Shown: in pieces, positions 19,915-28,794 of the stretch | Layout: each line of letters starts with the position of its first letter | Numbering within the stretch: position 1 is the first letter of the stretch | NCBI GenBank assembly: GCA_039805305.1 | Contig: JBDLUM010000071.1 | Coordinates: forward strand, 13,895 to 77,894 | DNA: 64,000 nucleotides | Origin: Actinomycetota bacterium | GTDB taxonomy: Bacteria > Actinomycetota > Actinomycetes > Actinomycetales > Microbacteriaceae | Reading direction: 5' to 3' | Notes under the pieces: model-generated | What the model was told of the DNA's origin: nothing | Database searches by the model: none | Seen by the model: only the letters and a program-made list of their open reading frames with translations | Translations under genes and position numbers: made by a program

Positions 19915-21345
19915 TTATTTCTGGTTTTTTGCCGACTCGGCAGCCGAAGCCGCTTTCGAACCTGGACGTTTGTCGAGAACCCAGTCGGCAAGATTTCGTT
20001 GAGGCGCTACATTCATGGCAAGAGCGCCCGGTTCAACATCTTTTCGCACTACAGTTCCCGCAGCCGTGTAGGCTCCATCACCAATAGTAATAGGGGCGAC
20101 AAAGACGTTGTGCGACCCGGTTCGAACGTGCGAACCGATGGTGCTGCGGTGCTTGTTGACCCCGTCATAGTTGGCAAAAATTGTTCCGGCGCCGATGTTC
20201 GAGTGCTCGCCGATCTCGGCATCGCCTACATACGACAGGTGTGGAATCTTGCTACCCGCGCCAATTTTGGCGTTCTTGGTTTCGACGAAGGTGCCGATCT
20301 TGCCGTCGGCACCTAGCTCTGTGCCCGGGCGAAGGTAAGCAAATGGTCCGACACTTGCACCAGCCCCGATGATTGACGTGCTGACGTGCGATTTAATCAC
20401 GGATGCTCGCGCACCGACCTGCGCGTCGACGAGAACTACTTCTGGCCCGACGGTTGCACCCTCGGCAATAGTGGTAACTCCCTGCAACATGGTGCCCGGC
20501 AAAAGTGTGACGTCTTGACCAAGTGAAACGGTTACGTCGATCCAGGTTGAGGCAGGGTCGAGAATTGTTACACCGGCCTTCATCCACGCTTCACAGATGC
20601 GCCAGTTGAGCTCGGCACTGACTTCGGCAAGTTGAACGCGATCGTTGATGCCGGCAACTTGCCAGTTGTCTTCAACGGCGAGCGCTTGAACCTTGTGGCC
20701 TTCGCCCAAGGCAACCGAGACAACGTCGGTCAGGTATTTTTCGCCCTGCGCGTTGGCCGCGCCGACCCGTGCGAGCGCCGATCGCAATACGCCTGAATCA
20801 AAAACATAAACACCGGCATTTACTTCGGCAATTTCGAGCTGAGCCTCGTTGGCGTCTTTATGCTCAACGATGGCCTCAAACTCGTCATCTTCGCCGCGAA
20901 CAATTCGCCCGTATCCGGTTGGGTCTTCGGCAATGCTCGAAAGAACCGAGGCAGCGTATCCGCCGTCAATGTGTGCTTCGATAAGGGCTTCGAGGGTTGA
21001 AACTTCGAGCAGCGGCACGTCACCGCTGGTAACCACGACTGCTCCGTCGAAATCGCTCGGAAGAGCATCGAGGCCGCATTCGACAGCTCGGCCGGTGCCT
21101 GGCTGGTCGTCTTGCTCGGCCCATTTCGCGTTTGGGTAGAAGGTTTCGATGTAGGCCGCAAGCTGATCGCGCTCGTGGCGAATTACTGGCACCACGTGAG
21201 CAGCGCCCAGAGCGGTGGCGGTAGAGAGAACGTGGCCGAGCATCGGAAGGCCGGCGATTTCATGCATGACTTTCGGCTTACTCGACTTCATTCGAGTGCC
21301 TTCACCAGCAGCCAGAACGATTACGGCCAAGTGCTTCTCGGTCAT
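19915..21345 (-). CDS. glmU: bifunctional UDP-N-acetylglucosamine diphosphorylase / glucosamine-1-phosphate N-acetyltransferase
   Basis: 476 aa. LAAGEGTRMKS nucleotidyltransferase loop and a C-terminal left-handed beta-helix of hexapeptide repeats. Confidence 0.95.
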   Translation of the reverse strand: MTEKHLAVIVLAAGEGTRMKSSKPKVMHEIAGLPMLGHVLSTATALGAAHVVPVIRHERDQLAAYIETFYPNAKWAEQDDQPGTGRAVECGLDALPSDFDGAVVVTSGDVPLLEVSTLEALIEAHIDGGYAASVLSSIAEDPTGYGRIVRGEDDEFEAIVEHKDANEAQLEIAEVNAGVYVFDSGVLRSALARVGAANAQGEKYLTDVVSVALGEGHKVQALAVEDNWQVAGINDRVQLAEVSAELNWRICEAWMKAGVTILDPASTWIDVTVSLGQDVTLLPGTMLQGVTTIAEGATVGPEVVLVDAQVGARASVIKSHVSTSIIGAGASVGPFAYLRPGTELGADGKIGTFVETKNAKIGAGSKIPHLSYVGDAEIGEHSNIGAGTIFANYDGVNKHRSTIGSHVRTGSHNVFVAPITIGDGAYTAAGTVVRKDVEPGALAMNVAPQRNLADWVLDKRPGSKAASAAESAKNQK

Positions 21346-21370
21346 CGCTCACCTACTCTCGGTTGGATTG

Positions 21371-21441
21371 CTGGCCCACCAGGACTCGAACCTAGACAAA
21401 CGCCTCCAAAGGGCGTGGTGCTGCCATTACACCATGGGCCA
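21371..21441 (-). tRNA. tRNA-Gln (anticodon UUG)
   Basis: Reverse complement is TGGCCCATGGTGTAATGGCAGCACCACGCCCTTTGGAGGCGTTTGTCTAGGTTCGAGTCCTGGTGGGCCAG. Anticodon loop CTTTGGA. CCA is not encoded. Confidence 0.9.
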
Positions 21442-21488
21442 ACGTCGATGACTTTTGAAAAGTCGCCAACGGTATAAGTCTGCCAGAT

Positions 21489-23315
21489 TTAGCCGACCAA
21501 CTCGGATGTTTCTAGCCACTCAATCTCTAAAGATTCGCGTTTTTCGTTCAAATCGCGCTGACGATCGACCAATTTTGCCAAGCCGTCGTAATCGCCCTGA
21601 TCGTGAACCGCCATCTCGGCATGCAGAGCGGCTTCTTCAGAACTCAGTTTTTCGAGGGCGCGTTCGATGCGGGCGAGGTTCTTCTCGGCATCGCGCAACG
21701 CTGCCCCACTGAGTTTGGCGGGTGCGGCCGTCTCGGTTGGGTCTGGTTGGGCGGCAGCATCCGAGTCGATTTCGGCATTGGTTGGGTGGTTCTTACCAGC
21801 GCCGCCAAGGCTGGCAGCTCGAAGCGCGAGGTACTGATCTACTCCCCCGGTGAGGTGACGAAGGCGAAGGTCGCCCATAAGAGCGAATTGGTCATCGGTT
21901 ACACGCTCGAGCAGGTAGCGGTCGTGACTAACCACGATGAGTGTGCCGGGCCAGCCGTCGAGCAAGTCTTCCATGGCGGCAAGAATGTCGGTATCGAGGT
22001 CGTTTGTCGGCTCATCGAGAATGAGAACGTTCGGCTCGCCAAACAGTAGGCGCAAGAACTGCAGGCGTCGACGTTGACCACCAGAGAGGTCTTCGATTGG
22101 AGTCTGCAGTTGAGCCTGACTGAAACCGAGTTGCTCAACCAACTGCGTTACGCTGACCTCTTTTTTGTCAACGTTGAAGGAGGTTTTTTCGCGAGCCAGC
22201 AGTTGAAAGATTCGCTCGCCGTGAAACTCGTCGAGTTCGCGCACATCTTGGCTCAAAGTCGCGATCTTGACGGTCTTGCCGAGCTTCACCCGACCCTTGG
22301 TTGGGCTCAACTCGCCCTGAATTAGACGCAGCAGCGTTGTTTTGCCCGCGCCGTTCACTCCAACGAGGCCAACACGGTCGCCCGGGCCAAGCCGCCAAGT
22401 GACATCGTGCAGCAGTTCTCGACCTTCAATCGAGTAGCTCAGGTTTTCGACATCGATAACGTCTTTGCCGAGTCGTGCGGTGGCTAGTTTCGACAGGGCG
22501 ACCCGGTCGCGCGGCTCTGGTTCGTTTGCGATGAGTTCGGCGGCAGCATCCATGCGAAATTTCGGCTTGGATGTTCGGGCAGGTGCACCGCGTCGAAGCC
22601 AGGCCAACTCTTTGCGCAGAGTGTTTTGGCGTCGAGATTCGCTCGCCGCAGCACTTCGCGAACGCTCGTTACGTTGCAAGATGTAGGCTGCGTAACCGCC
22701 CTCGAACGGCTCGATTTGGCCGCCGTAGACCTCCCACGTGTAGTTGCAAACCGCATCGAGAAACCAACGATCGTGAGTTACAACCACGAGCCCGCCAGCG
22801 CTTTTGCTCCAGCGCTCATTGAGGTGCTTGGCGAGCCACGCGACACCTTCGACATCGAGGTGGTTGGTCGGCTCATCGAGCATCACGATATCGAGATCTT
22901 GAACGAGCAGTGCGGCAAGTGCCACGCGGCGGCGTTGACCACCACTGAGTTCATCGACAAGCTGGTTCCAGTCGAGGTCGTTGAGTAGGCCCGAAATGAC
23001 ATCTCGCACTCGCGCGTCGCCGGCCCAAACATGCTCTGGTGTGTGGCCAACAACTGCAGCGCCAATGGTTAGCGAACCATCGAGCACGTCACCTTGGTCG
23101 AGCAAGCCGATGCGAATACCACCGCGGTGAGTGACGCGGCCAGAGTCAACGTCTAGGCGCTTTGAAAGAACCTTAAGCAGCGTCGACTTGCCGTCGCCGT
23201 TTGCCCCAACGACACCAATTCGGTCACCTTCGTTGATTCCAATGGTTACGCCACTGAAGACCTCTTTGGTCGGAAAAGCGAGCGTGATTTCTTCAGCGCC
23301 GAGCAAGTGAGCCAA
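21489..23315 (-). CDS. ABC-F family ATPase (Uup-like, with C-terminal coiled-coil extension)
   Basis: 608 aa. Two ABC cassettes (Walker A GANGDGKST and GVNGAGKTT; two LSGGQRRR signatures), no TM domain, and a coiled-coil tail. Confidence 0.9.
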   Translation of the reverse strand: MAHLLGAEEITLAFPTKEVFSGVTIGINEGDRIGVVGANGDGKSTLLKVLSKRLDVDSGRVTHRGGIRIGLLDQGDVLDGSLTIGAAVVGHTPEHVWAGDARVRDVISGLLNDLDWNQLVDELSGGQRRRVALAALLVQDLDIVMLDEPTNHLDVEGVAWLAKHLNERWSKSAGGLVVVTHDRWFLDAVCNYTWEVYGGQIEPFEGGYAAYILQRNERSRSAAASESRRQNTLRKELAWLRRGAPARTSKPKFRMDAAAELIANEPEPRDRVALSKLATARLGKDVIDVENLSYSIEGRELLHDVTWRLGPGDRVGLVGVNGAGKTTLLRLIQGELSPTKGRVKLGKTVKIATLSQDVRELDEFHGERIFQLLAREKTSFNVDKKEVSVTQLVEQLGFSQAQLQTPIEDLSGGQRRRLQFLRLLFGEPNVLILDEPTNDLDTDILAAMEDLLDGWPGTLIVVSHDRYLLERVTDDQFALMGDLRLRHLTGGVDQYLALRAASLGGAGKNHPTNAEIDSDAAAQPDPTETAAPAKLSGAALRDAEKNLARIERALEKLSSEEAALHAEMAVHDQGDYDGLAKLVDRQRDLNEKRESLEIEWLETSELVG

Positions 23316-23319
23316 GTTT

Positions 23320-24297
23320 TTATTCGCTCTCTAGCTGAGCACCGAGCGGGCTGGTGCTGGTGGCGAATGAATCAAAGTTTGCCTCGTGAAGTTTGACGAC
23401 CAGCTCGGCAGCTTCGTCTGCGCTACTCACCATCGCGGCCACGGTTGGGCCAGATCCCGAAACGAAAGCTCGAAGCGCACCGTATTTTTCGGCAGTGGCC
23501 AAAGTTAGTTCAAGGTCTGGTTGCAGAGCTAGAGCGGCTGGCTCGAGATCATTGTGAATCAACTTGGCGATTAGCTCGACGTTGCCTTGGGCAAGAGCCT
23601 CGATTAGAGCGCTCGGATGCTCAGGCGCAGCCACCTCGTGTGGGTCGACGCCACCGAGCTCACGTTGACGGTCGAGCTCGGCATAAACCTTTGGCGTGCT
23701 CAAGCCGGTGCGGCTCGAGATCATCACAAAATGTAGTTCGGCGCCCAGAGCCAGGCGCTCAAGTCGATCGCCCCGACCGAGCCCGAGCGCTGTGCCACCG
23801 TGCATGCAGAACGGCACATCGGCACCGAGTCGACGTGACTGAAACTGCAGAGCCTCGATCGATAGATCTAGACCAAACTTTTCGGCGGCCGCCAAGAATG
23901 CTGCAGCCGCGTCTGCGCTGCCACCGGCCATTCCACCGGCGACAGGAATCTGCTTCGAAATCGTGATGTCGAAGGCGCGCGGATTCTCGAGTGCGGCCAA
24001 CTCGGCTGCCAGCAGGCTCGCCTTGACCACGAGGTTCGATTCGTCGGTTGGCACCAGCGCGAGTTGGTCGGCATCGATGGTGCCGGCCACAGCAACGCTC
24101 CAGGCTGCGTCTCGCGATCTTGAGATAGTCACACGCTCGCGAAGATTGAGCGCCTGATAAACACTCACCACATCGTGGTAGCCGTCGAGGTCGAGTGACC
24201 CAACGCCAAAGTGCAGGTTTACTTTGCCGGGTGCCGATGCAATTACAGTGCGCACACTAAACCCCGAACCTTGCGACGAGCTCGGCTTGGCGAGCAT
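23320..24297 (-). CDS. ispE: 4-(cytidine 5'-diphospho)-2-C-methyl-D-erythritol kinase
   Basis: GHMP kinase motif PVAGGMAGGSADAAA and an N-terminal APGKVNL. GTG at 24255 (VRTVIASAPGKVNL) is a plausible alternative start that would abut the upstream small ORF stop. Confidence 0.9.
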   Translation of the reverse strand: MLAKPSSSQGSGFSVRTVIASAPGKVNLHFGVGSLDLDGYHDVVSVYQALNLRERVTISRSRDAAWSVAVAGTIDADQLALVPTDESNLVVKASLLAAELAALENPRAFDITISKQIPVAGGMAGGSADAAAAFLAAAEKFGLDLSIEALQFQSRRLGADVPFCMHGGTALGLGRGDRLERLALGAELHFVMISSRTGLSTPKVYAELDRQRELGGVDPHEVAAPEHPSALIEALAQGNVELIAKLIHNDLEPAALALQPDLELTLATAEKYGALRAFVSGSGPTVAAMVSSADEAAELVVKLHEANFDSFATSTSPLGAQLESE

Positions 24298-24556
24298 CCC
24301 AGTAGTTTTGCCAAAAACTCAGCTGTTCTTGCGTTTGGCACAGGTCGTGCAGAAACACAAGCTTGCACTGGTCGGCGCTGATTGCCTCAATCGAAATGGT
24401 GACCCTGGTCGCATCGTCAAATGACAGAGCTACGCGAATAGGCTCTTTGCGAACCAACATGCGCGGATGCTCTGCCGCTGGCCACTGAGCAACATCACCA
24501 AGCGCAGCGAACACGCGTGCCGCTGAAGCCGCGAGCGAAAACTCGAAGTCGAGCAT
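24257..24556 (-). CDS. hypothetical small protein, possibly SRPBCC/Aha1-like fold
   Basis: This is the ATG-initiated part (MLDFEFSLAASAARVFAALGDVAQWPAAE...) of track ORF 24257..24688. It fills the otherwise empty rsmA-ispE gap, and its stop TAG is immediately followed by the candidate ispE GTG. Family call is weak. Confidence 0.4.
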   Translation of the reverse strand: MLDFEFSLAASAARVFAALGDVAQWPAAEHPRMLVRKEPIRVALSFDDATRVTISIEAISADQCKLVFLHDLCQTQEQLSFWQNYWDARQAELVARFGV

Positions 24557-24602
24557 GAGAATGTGGCGGTTGCGGCCGACTGGCTCTGATTGCGCTGAGT
24601 GC

Positions 24603-25457
24603 CTACCCACGAGCCCTCGCAATCGAAACGAACTGCTCGATGGTGAGTTCTTCGCCACGAGCCTGAGGCGAAATGCCAGCGGCGACAAGGGCCGTTTCGG
24701 CTTCGGCCGGTGAACCAGCCCAACTGGCCAAAGATTGACGCATGGTTTTGCGGCGCTGACCGAAGGCCGCGTCGATCACGGCAAAGGTCGATTCGCGTAA
24801 AGCTTCGTCGCCGATTGGTGTCGCGTGGCGCTCAAAATAAACCAGCGCCGAGTCAACATTCGGAACCGGCCAGAAAATGGTTCGACCTACATTGCCGGCC
24901 AAAGCGGCAGCGCCATACCAAGCGAGCTTTGCGCTCGGTGCACCGTAAACCTTCGAGCCAGGCTTGGCAGCTAAACGGTGCGCCACCTCTGCCTGCACCA
25001 GCACCAGACCCTTGTTGATCGACCCAAAGCGCTCGATGAAGTTCAGTAACACCGGAACCGAGATGTTGTATGGCAGATTGGCCACCAACGCGTCTGGCGC
25101 ATTCGGAAGCTCAGTGATGGTCATGGCGTCGTGGGTGACGAGAGTGAAGTTCTTGCCAGGTGCGCGCTTAGAGATGGTCTGCTCGAGGGCAGCGGCCATC
25201 TTGGCGTCGATCTCAACCGAGATGACCGAATCGGCAACTTCTAGTAGTCCGAGGGTTAGAGAGCCGAGCCCGGGACCAATCTCGACCACGCATTCTTTAC
25301 CGGTGAGTTTGGCGGCGGCCACGATTCGACGAATGGTGTTTGGGTCGGTGACAAAGTTCTGTCCGAGCTTTTTCGTTGGCACAACGCCTAGCCGGTCGGC
25401 CAATTCACGAATGTCGCTACCGCCAAGTAACTCGACCACTAGAGCCCCTCGCTCCAT
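24603..25457 (-). CDS. rsmA: 16S rRNA (adenine1518/1519-N6)-dimethyltransferase
   Basis: 284 aa. LGQNFV motif, SAM-binding VVEIGPGLGSLT, and NLPYNIS. Confidence 0.93.
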   Translation of the reverse strand: MERGALVVELLGGSDIRELADRLGVVPTKKLGQNFVTDPNTIRRIVAAAKLTGKECVVEIGPGLGSLTLGLLEVADSVISVEIDAKMAAALEQTISKRAPGKNFTLVTHDAMTITELPNAPDALVANLPYNISVPVLLNFIERFGSINKGLVLVQAEVAHRLAAKPGSKVYGAPSAKLAWYGAAALAGNVGRTIFWPVPNVDSALVYFERHATPIGDEALRESTFAVIDAAFGQRRKTMRQSLASWAGSPAEAETALVAAGISPQARGEELTIEQFVSIARARG

Positions 25458-26338
25458 GAGCCATAGACGCGCACGGTGTTCTCGGCAAGCGCCGCAGCCA
25501 TCTCGTTCTCATCGATTCCGCGAACCTCGGACATTTTGCGAACGGTTATCGGCACGAGATAAGAAGCATTCGGGCGACCTCGATATGGCTCTGGAGTCAA
25601 GAACGGCGCGTCGGTCTCAACCAGCAGTAACTCTTTGGGAGCCCACTCGATCGAGTCACGCAGGTGCTGGTTGCGTTTGATGGTGATGTTGCCAGCGAAG
25701 CTCATGTACCAACCCTGATCGGCACACTTTTTGGCAAAATCGAGGTCACCCGAATAGCAGTGCATGACAACTTTGTCTGGCGCTCCAACTCGAAGCAGGG
25801 TTTCATAAACCTCGTCGTGAGCCTCACGGTCGTGAATCATCAAGGCGATGTTGTTTTCTTTCGCGATTCGAATGTGCTCTTCAAAAGACAGCTGCTGAAG
25901 GCCAAGTGAAACGTCGCCTTCGGTTCTGAAAAAGTCCAAACCCGTTTCGCCAATGGCTCGCACCCGGGGTTGAGCGGCGAGTGACTCGATTTCGGCGATG
26001 GCTGAGCGAAGAGCATCCTCGTTCTCATACAGCGGCGCTTCGTTTGGGTGAAGGGCGACGGCCGCCAAAACACGTGGCTCACGGGCTGCCAGGTTAGCCG
26101 ACCAAATCGAAGACTCGAGGGTCACGCCGACTTGAACGACACCCAAAATGCCGGCACTGTTAGCCAGTTCTAGTTGCTCGGATGCTGTGAGCGGCTGCTC
26201 ACCGTCGGCGAAATCGAAATGCGTGTGATTGTCGTAGGTGCCGACTTCTAGTGGTTCAGGAAGCGGCGGGTAGCGAAGGTCGCGCGGATTGCTCTCACCC
26301 TTGTCTCGGCGAGTGCGAAACGGAGCGTCTTCGCTCAT
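25439..26338 (-). CDS. TatD family metal-dependent hydrolase
   Basis: 299 aa. HxH motif (DNHTHFDF), GETGLDF, and its position between metG and rsmA as in mycobacteria. Confidence 0.9.
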   Translation of the reverse strand: MSEDAPFRTRRDKGESNPRDLRYPPLPEPLEVGTYDNHTHFDFADGEQPLTASEQLELANSAGILGVVQVGVTLESSIWSANLAAREPRVLAAVALHPNEAPLYENEDALRSAIAEIESLAAQPRVRAIGETGLDFFRTEGDVSLGLQQLSFEEHIRIAKENNIALMIHDREAHDEVYETLLRVGAPDKVVMHCYSGDLDFAKKCADQGWYMSFAGNITIKRNQHLRDSIEWAPKELLLVETDAPFLTPEPYRGRPNASYLVPITVRKMSEVRGIDENEMAAALAENTVRVYGSWSEGL

Positions 26339-27936
26339 TATTTACCTTCGACGTCGGTTTCGATGCGTGGAAAGAGAATGTCGAGGTCGCCGACTTTTGC
26401 GCCGGCAGGTAGCTGACCCCAACGACCGGCGTCGGCAAGTGGCTGATCGGCAAGTTCGCCGAGTTTGCCTTCGGTGAGTGCGGCCCAAAGTTTGGCGGTG
26501 GCCTTTGGCATGACCGGGGCGAGTGCAACGCTGAGCACACGAAGACCCTCGGCCGTGGTGTAGAGCACCGAGGCTAGGCGATCACGTTTTGCTTCGTCTT
26601 TGGCAAGCACCCAAGGCTCTGAAACGGTGATGTAGTTGTTGAGTTCGTCGACCAATGTCCAAACGCTGCCGATTGCCTCATGAATCGCGATTTCATCGAT
26701 GGCAGCATCGGCGTTTGCAATCGCTTTCTCGGCAACCGCTTGAATGGCCAGGTCTACCTCGTCGTAGGCGGCAGGTGCAGGAACGACCCCGTCAAAATAA
26801 CGTTTGATCATGGCGAGCACGCGAGAGGCCAGGTTGCCAAAGCCGTTCGCTAGCTCGCTCTGGTAACGAGCCGAGAGGTCTTCCCAAGAGAACGAACCGT
26901 CAGAACCAAAGGCGATTGCCTTCATGAAGTAATAGCGGAACGCATCTGAACCGAAAGTGTCGGTGATTTGTGACGGTGCGATACCGGTGAGCTTCGACTT
27001 CGACATTTTTTCGCCGCCGACGAGCAGCCAACCGTGACCAAAAACCTGGTCGGCAGGTTTTAGACCCGCAGCCATAAGCATGGCTGGCCAGATAACTGCG
27101 TGAAAGCGCAGGATGTCTTTACCGACGACCTGCACCGATGCAGGCCAGAGCGACTCAAACTTGGCCACATCTTCGCCATAACCGATCGCGGTGATGTAGT
27201 TGAGCAACGCATCGAACCAAACGTAGGTAATGTGCGAGTCGTCCCAAGGAATGTCGATTCCCCAGTCGAACTTTTCTTTCGAGCGAGAAATCGAGAGGTC
27301 TTCGAGCCCGCGGCGCACAAAAGCAACAACCTCGTTGCGTGCCGATTCAGGCTGAATGAACTTAGGGTTTTGCTCGTAGAAGTCGAGCAACGGCTGAGTG
27401 AAATCACTCAGTTTGAAAAAGTAGTTTGTCTCTTGCAGTCGCTCGACCGGGCGAGTGTGAATGGCACAGACATCCTGGCCTACATACTCCCCTTCACCAT
27501 CAATGAGGTCGGCTTCGGTTTTGTATTCTTCGCAACCAACGCAGTAGTTACCTTCGTATGAACCGCGGTAGATGAAACCGGTGTCATAAAGGTGCTGCAA
27601 GAACTTCTGCACGTTCTTCTCGTGACGAGGTTCGGTCGTGCGAATGAAGTCTTGGTTGTCGATGTCGATGGTTTCGAGCAGTGGTAGCCAAGCGTCGTGA
27701 ACGAGCTGGTCTGCCCAGGCTTTTGGAGTGCTTCCGTTACCAACAGCTGTTCGAAGAATCTTCTCTCCGTGCTCATCGGTGCCAGTTAGCAAGAATGAAC
27801 CCTCGCCGCGTTGACGGTGCCAGCGAGCCAACACGTCGGCAGCAACCTCGGTGTAGGCGTGACCGATGTGCGGAGCATCGTTCACATAAAAGATTGGGGT
27901 CGTTACGTAAAACGACTTACCGGCTTGGCTGGGCAT
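26338..27936 (-). CDS. metG: methionine--tRNA ligase
   Basis: 532 aa. HIGH-type motif (PHIGHAYT) and KMSKS (GEKMSKSK). Confidence 0.95.
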   Translation of the reverse strand: MPSQAGKSFYVTTPIFYVNDAPHIGHAYTEVAADVLARWHRQRGEGSFLLTGTDEHGEKILRTAVGNGSTPKAWADQLVHDAWLPLLETIDIDNQDFIRTTEPRHEKNVQKFLQHLYDTGFIYRGSYEGNYCVGCEEYKTEADLIDGEGEYVGQDVCAIHTRPVERLQETNYFFKLSDFTQPLLDFYEQNPKFIQPESARNEVVAFVRRGLEDLSISRSKEKFDWGIDIPWDDSHITYVWFDALLNYITAIGYGEDVAKFESLWPASVQVVGKDILRFHAVIWPAMLMAAGLKPADQVFGHGWLLVGGEKMSKSKLTGIAPSQITDTFGSDAFRYYFMKAIAFGSDGSFSWEDLSARYQSELANGFGNLASRVLAMIKRYFDGVVPAPAAYDEVDLAIQAVAEKAIANADAAIDEIAIHEAIGSVWTLVDELNNYITVSEPWVLAKDEAKRDRLASVLYTTAEGLRVLSVALAPVMPKATAKLWAALTEGKLGELADQPLADAGRWGQLPAGAKVGDLDILFPRIETDVEGK

Positions 27937-27969
27937 TGTTCTAGTTTAAGGTCATTCGGCTGGGTTGGC

Positions 27970-28788
27970 TTATTTCTTGGCGTCGAGGCTCAATTGGTAG
28001 AGCACCGATTTGCTCACCGAGTTCAGTTCGGCGATTTCGGCAACCGCATCTTTCATGCGAAGGCCAGATGCTTCGAGCTTGAGAACATCGGCAACCAGAG
28101 TCGAGACATCCTTGTTGGTCTTTATCGCCCCAGCCAACACGAAAACCATCTCGCCCTTCGGCTCAGTTTTTGCCCACTCGATTAGGTCGGCGAGTGTGCC
28201 GCGCTCGGTGTGCTCAAACTTTTTGGTCAACTCGCGTGAGACGGCGGCAAGACGATCAGCTCCAAACACCTGCGCTGCCGCCATCAAAGTGTCAGCGATG
28301 CGATGCGGCGACTCAAAAAACACCATGGTGCGGGTTTCGCCCACCAATGCTTCAAAAACGCTTTTGCGCTCGGCATCTTTGCGCGGGGCGAACCCTTCGA
28401 AAGTGAACCGGTCGGTAGCTAAGCCAGACACCGCGAGCGCGGACAAGACAGCAGACGGGCCAGGCACAACTGTGACTTCAACGCCGGCAGCAACCGCTGC
28501 GCGAACCAGCGCAAAACCCGGGTCGCTAACTGTCGGCATTCCAGCATCAGACACCAACAGCACATCGCTCTCGAGTGCAATGGCAACAATTTGGTCGGCG
28601 CGCTCAAGTTCGTTGTGCTCGTGCAGGCTATAGAGCTTGGCCTTGAGTTTGACTCCCAGCAGACCAGCAAGTTTGGTAAGGCTTCTGGTGTCTTCGGCAG
28701 CAATGTGCTCGGCGTTGCTCAGATGCTCGACCAGGCGAGTCGAAGCGTCGCCCAGGTTGCCGATTGGTGTGGCTGCAATGATTAGCAC
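27970..28788 (-). CDS. rsmI: 16S rRNA (cytidine1402-2'-O)-methyltransferase
   Basis: 272 aa. Tetrapyrrole-methylase fold N-terminus (LIIAATPIGNLGDAS...EDTR) and DAGMPTVSDPG. Confidence 0.93.
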   Translation of the reverse strand: MLIIAATPIGNLGDASTRLVEHLSNAEHIAAEDTRSLTKLAGLLGVKLKAKLYSLHEHNELERADQIVAIALESDVLLVSDAGMPTVSDPGFALVRAAVAAGVEVTVVPGPSAVLSALAVSGLATDRFTFEGFAPRKDAERKSVFEALVGETRTMVFFESPHRIADTLMAAAQVFGADRLAAVSRELTKKFEHTERGTLADLIEWAKTEPKGEMVFVLAGAIKTNKDVSTLVADVLKLEASGLRMKDAVAEIAELNSVSKSVLYQLSLDAKK

Positions 28789-28794
28789 GCTCTA

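Noticed and set aside
24964-25680. Long antisense or off-frame ORFs in the track. Examples are 24964..25680 +, 28010..28633 +, 55292..55870 +, 13086..13661 +, 17527..18081 - and 36220..36780 +.
   Set aside because: Each lies entirely inside a strongly supported gene on the other strand or in another frame. They have Arg/Ser/Ala/Pro-skewed low-complexity compositions typical of GC-rich shadow ORFs, and they lack plausible ribosome-binding sites.
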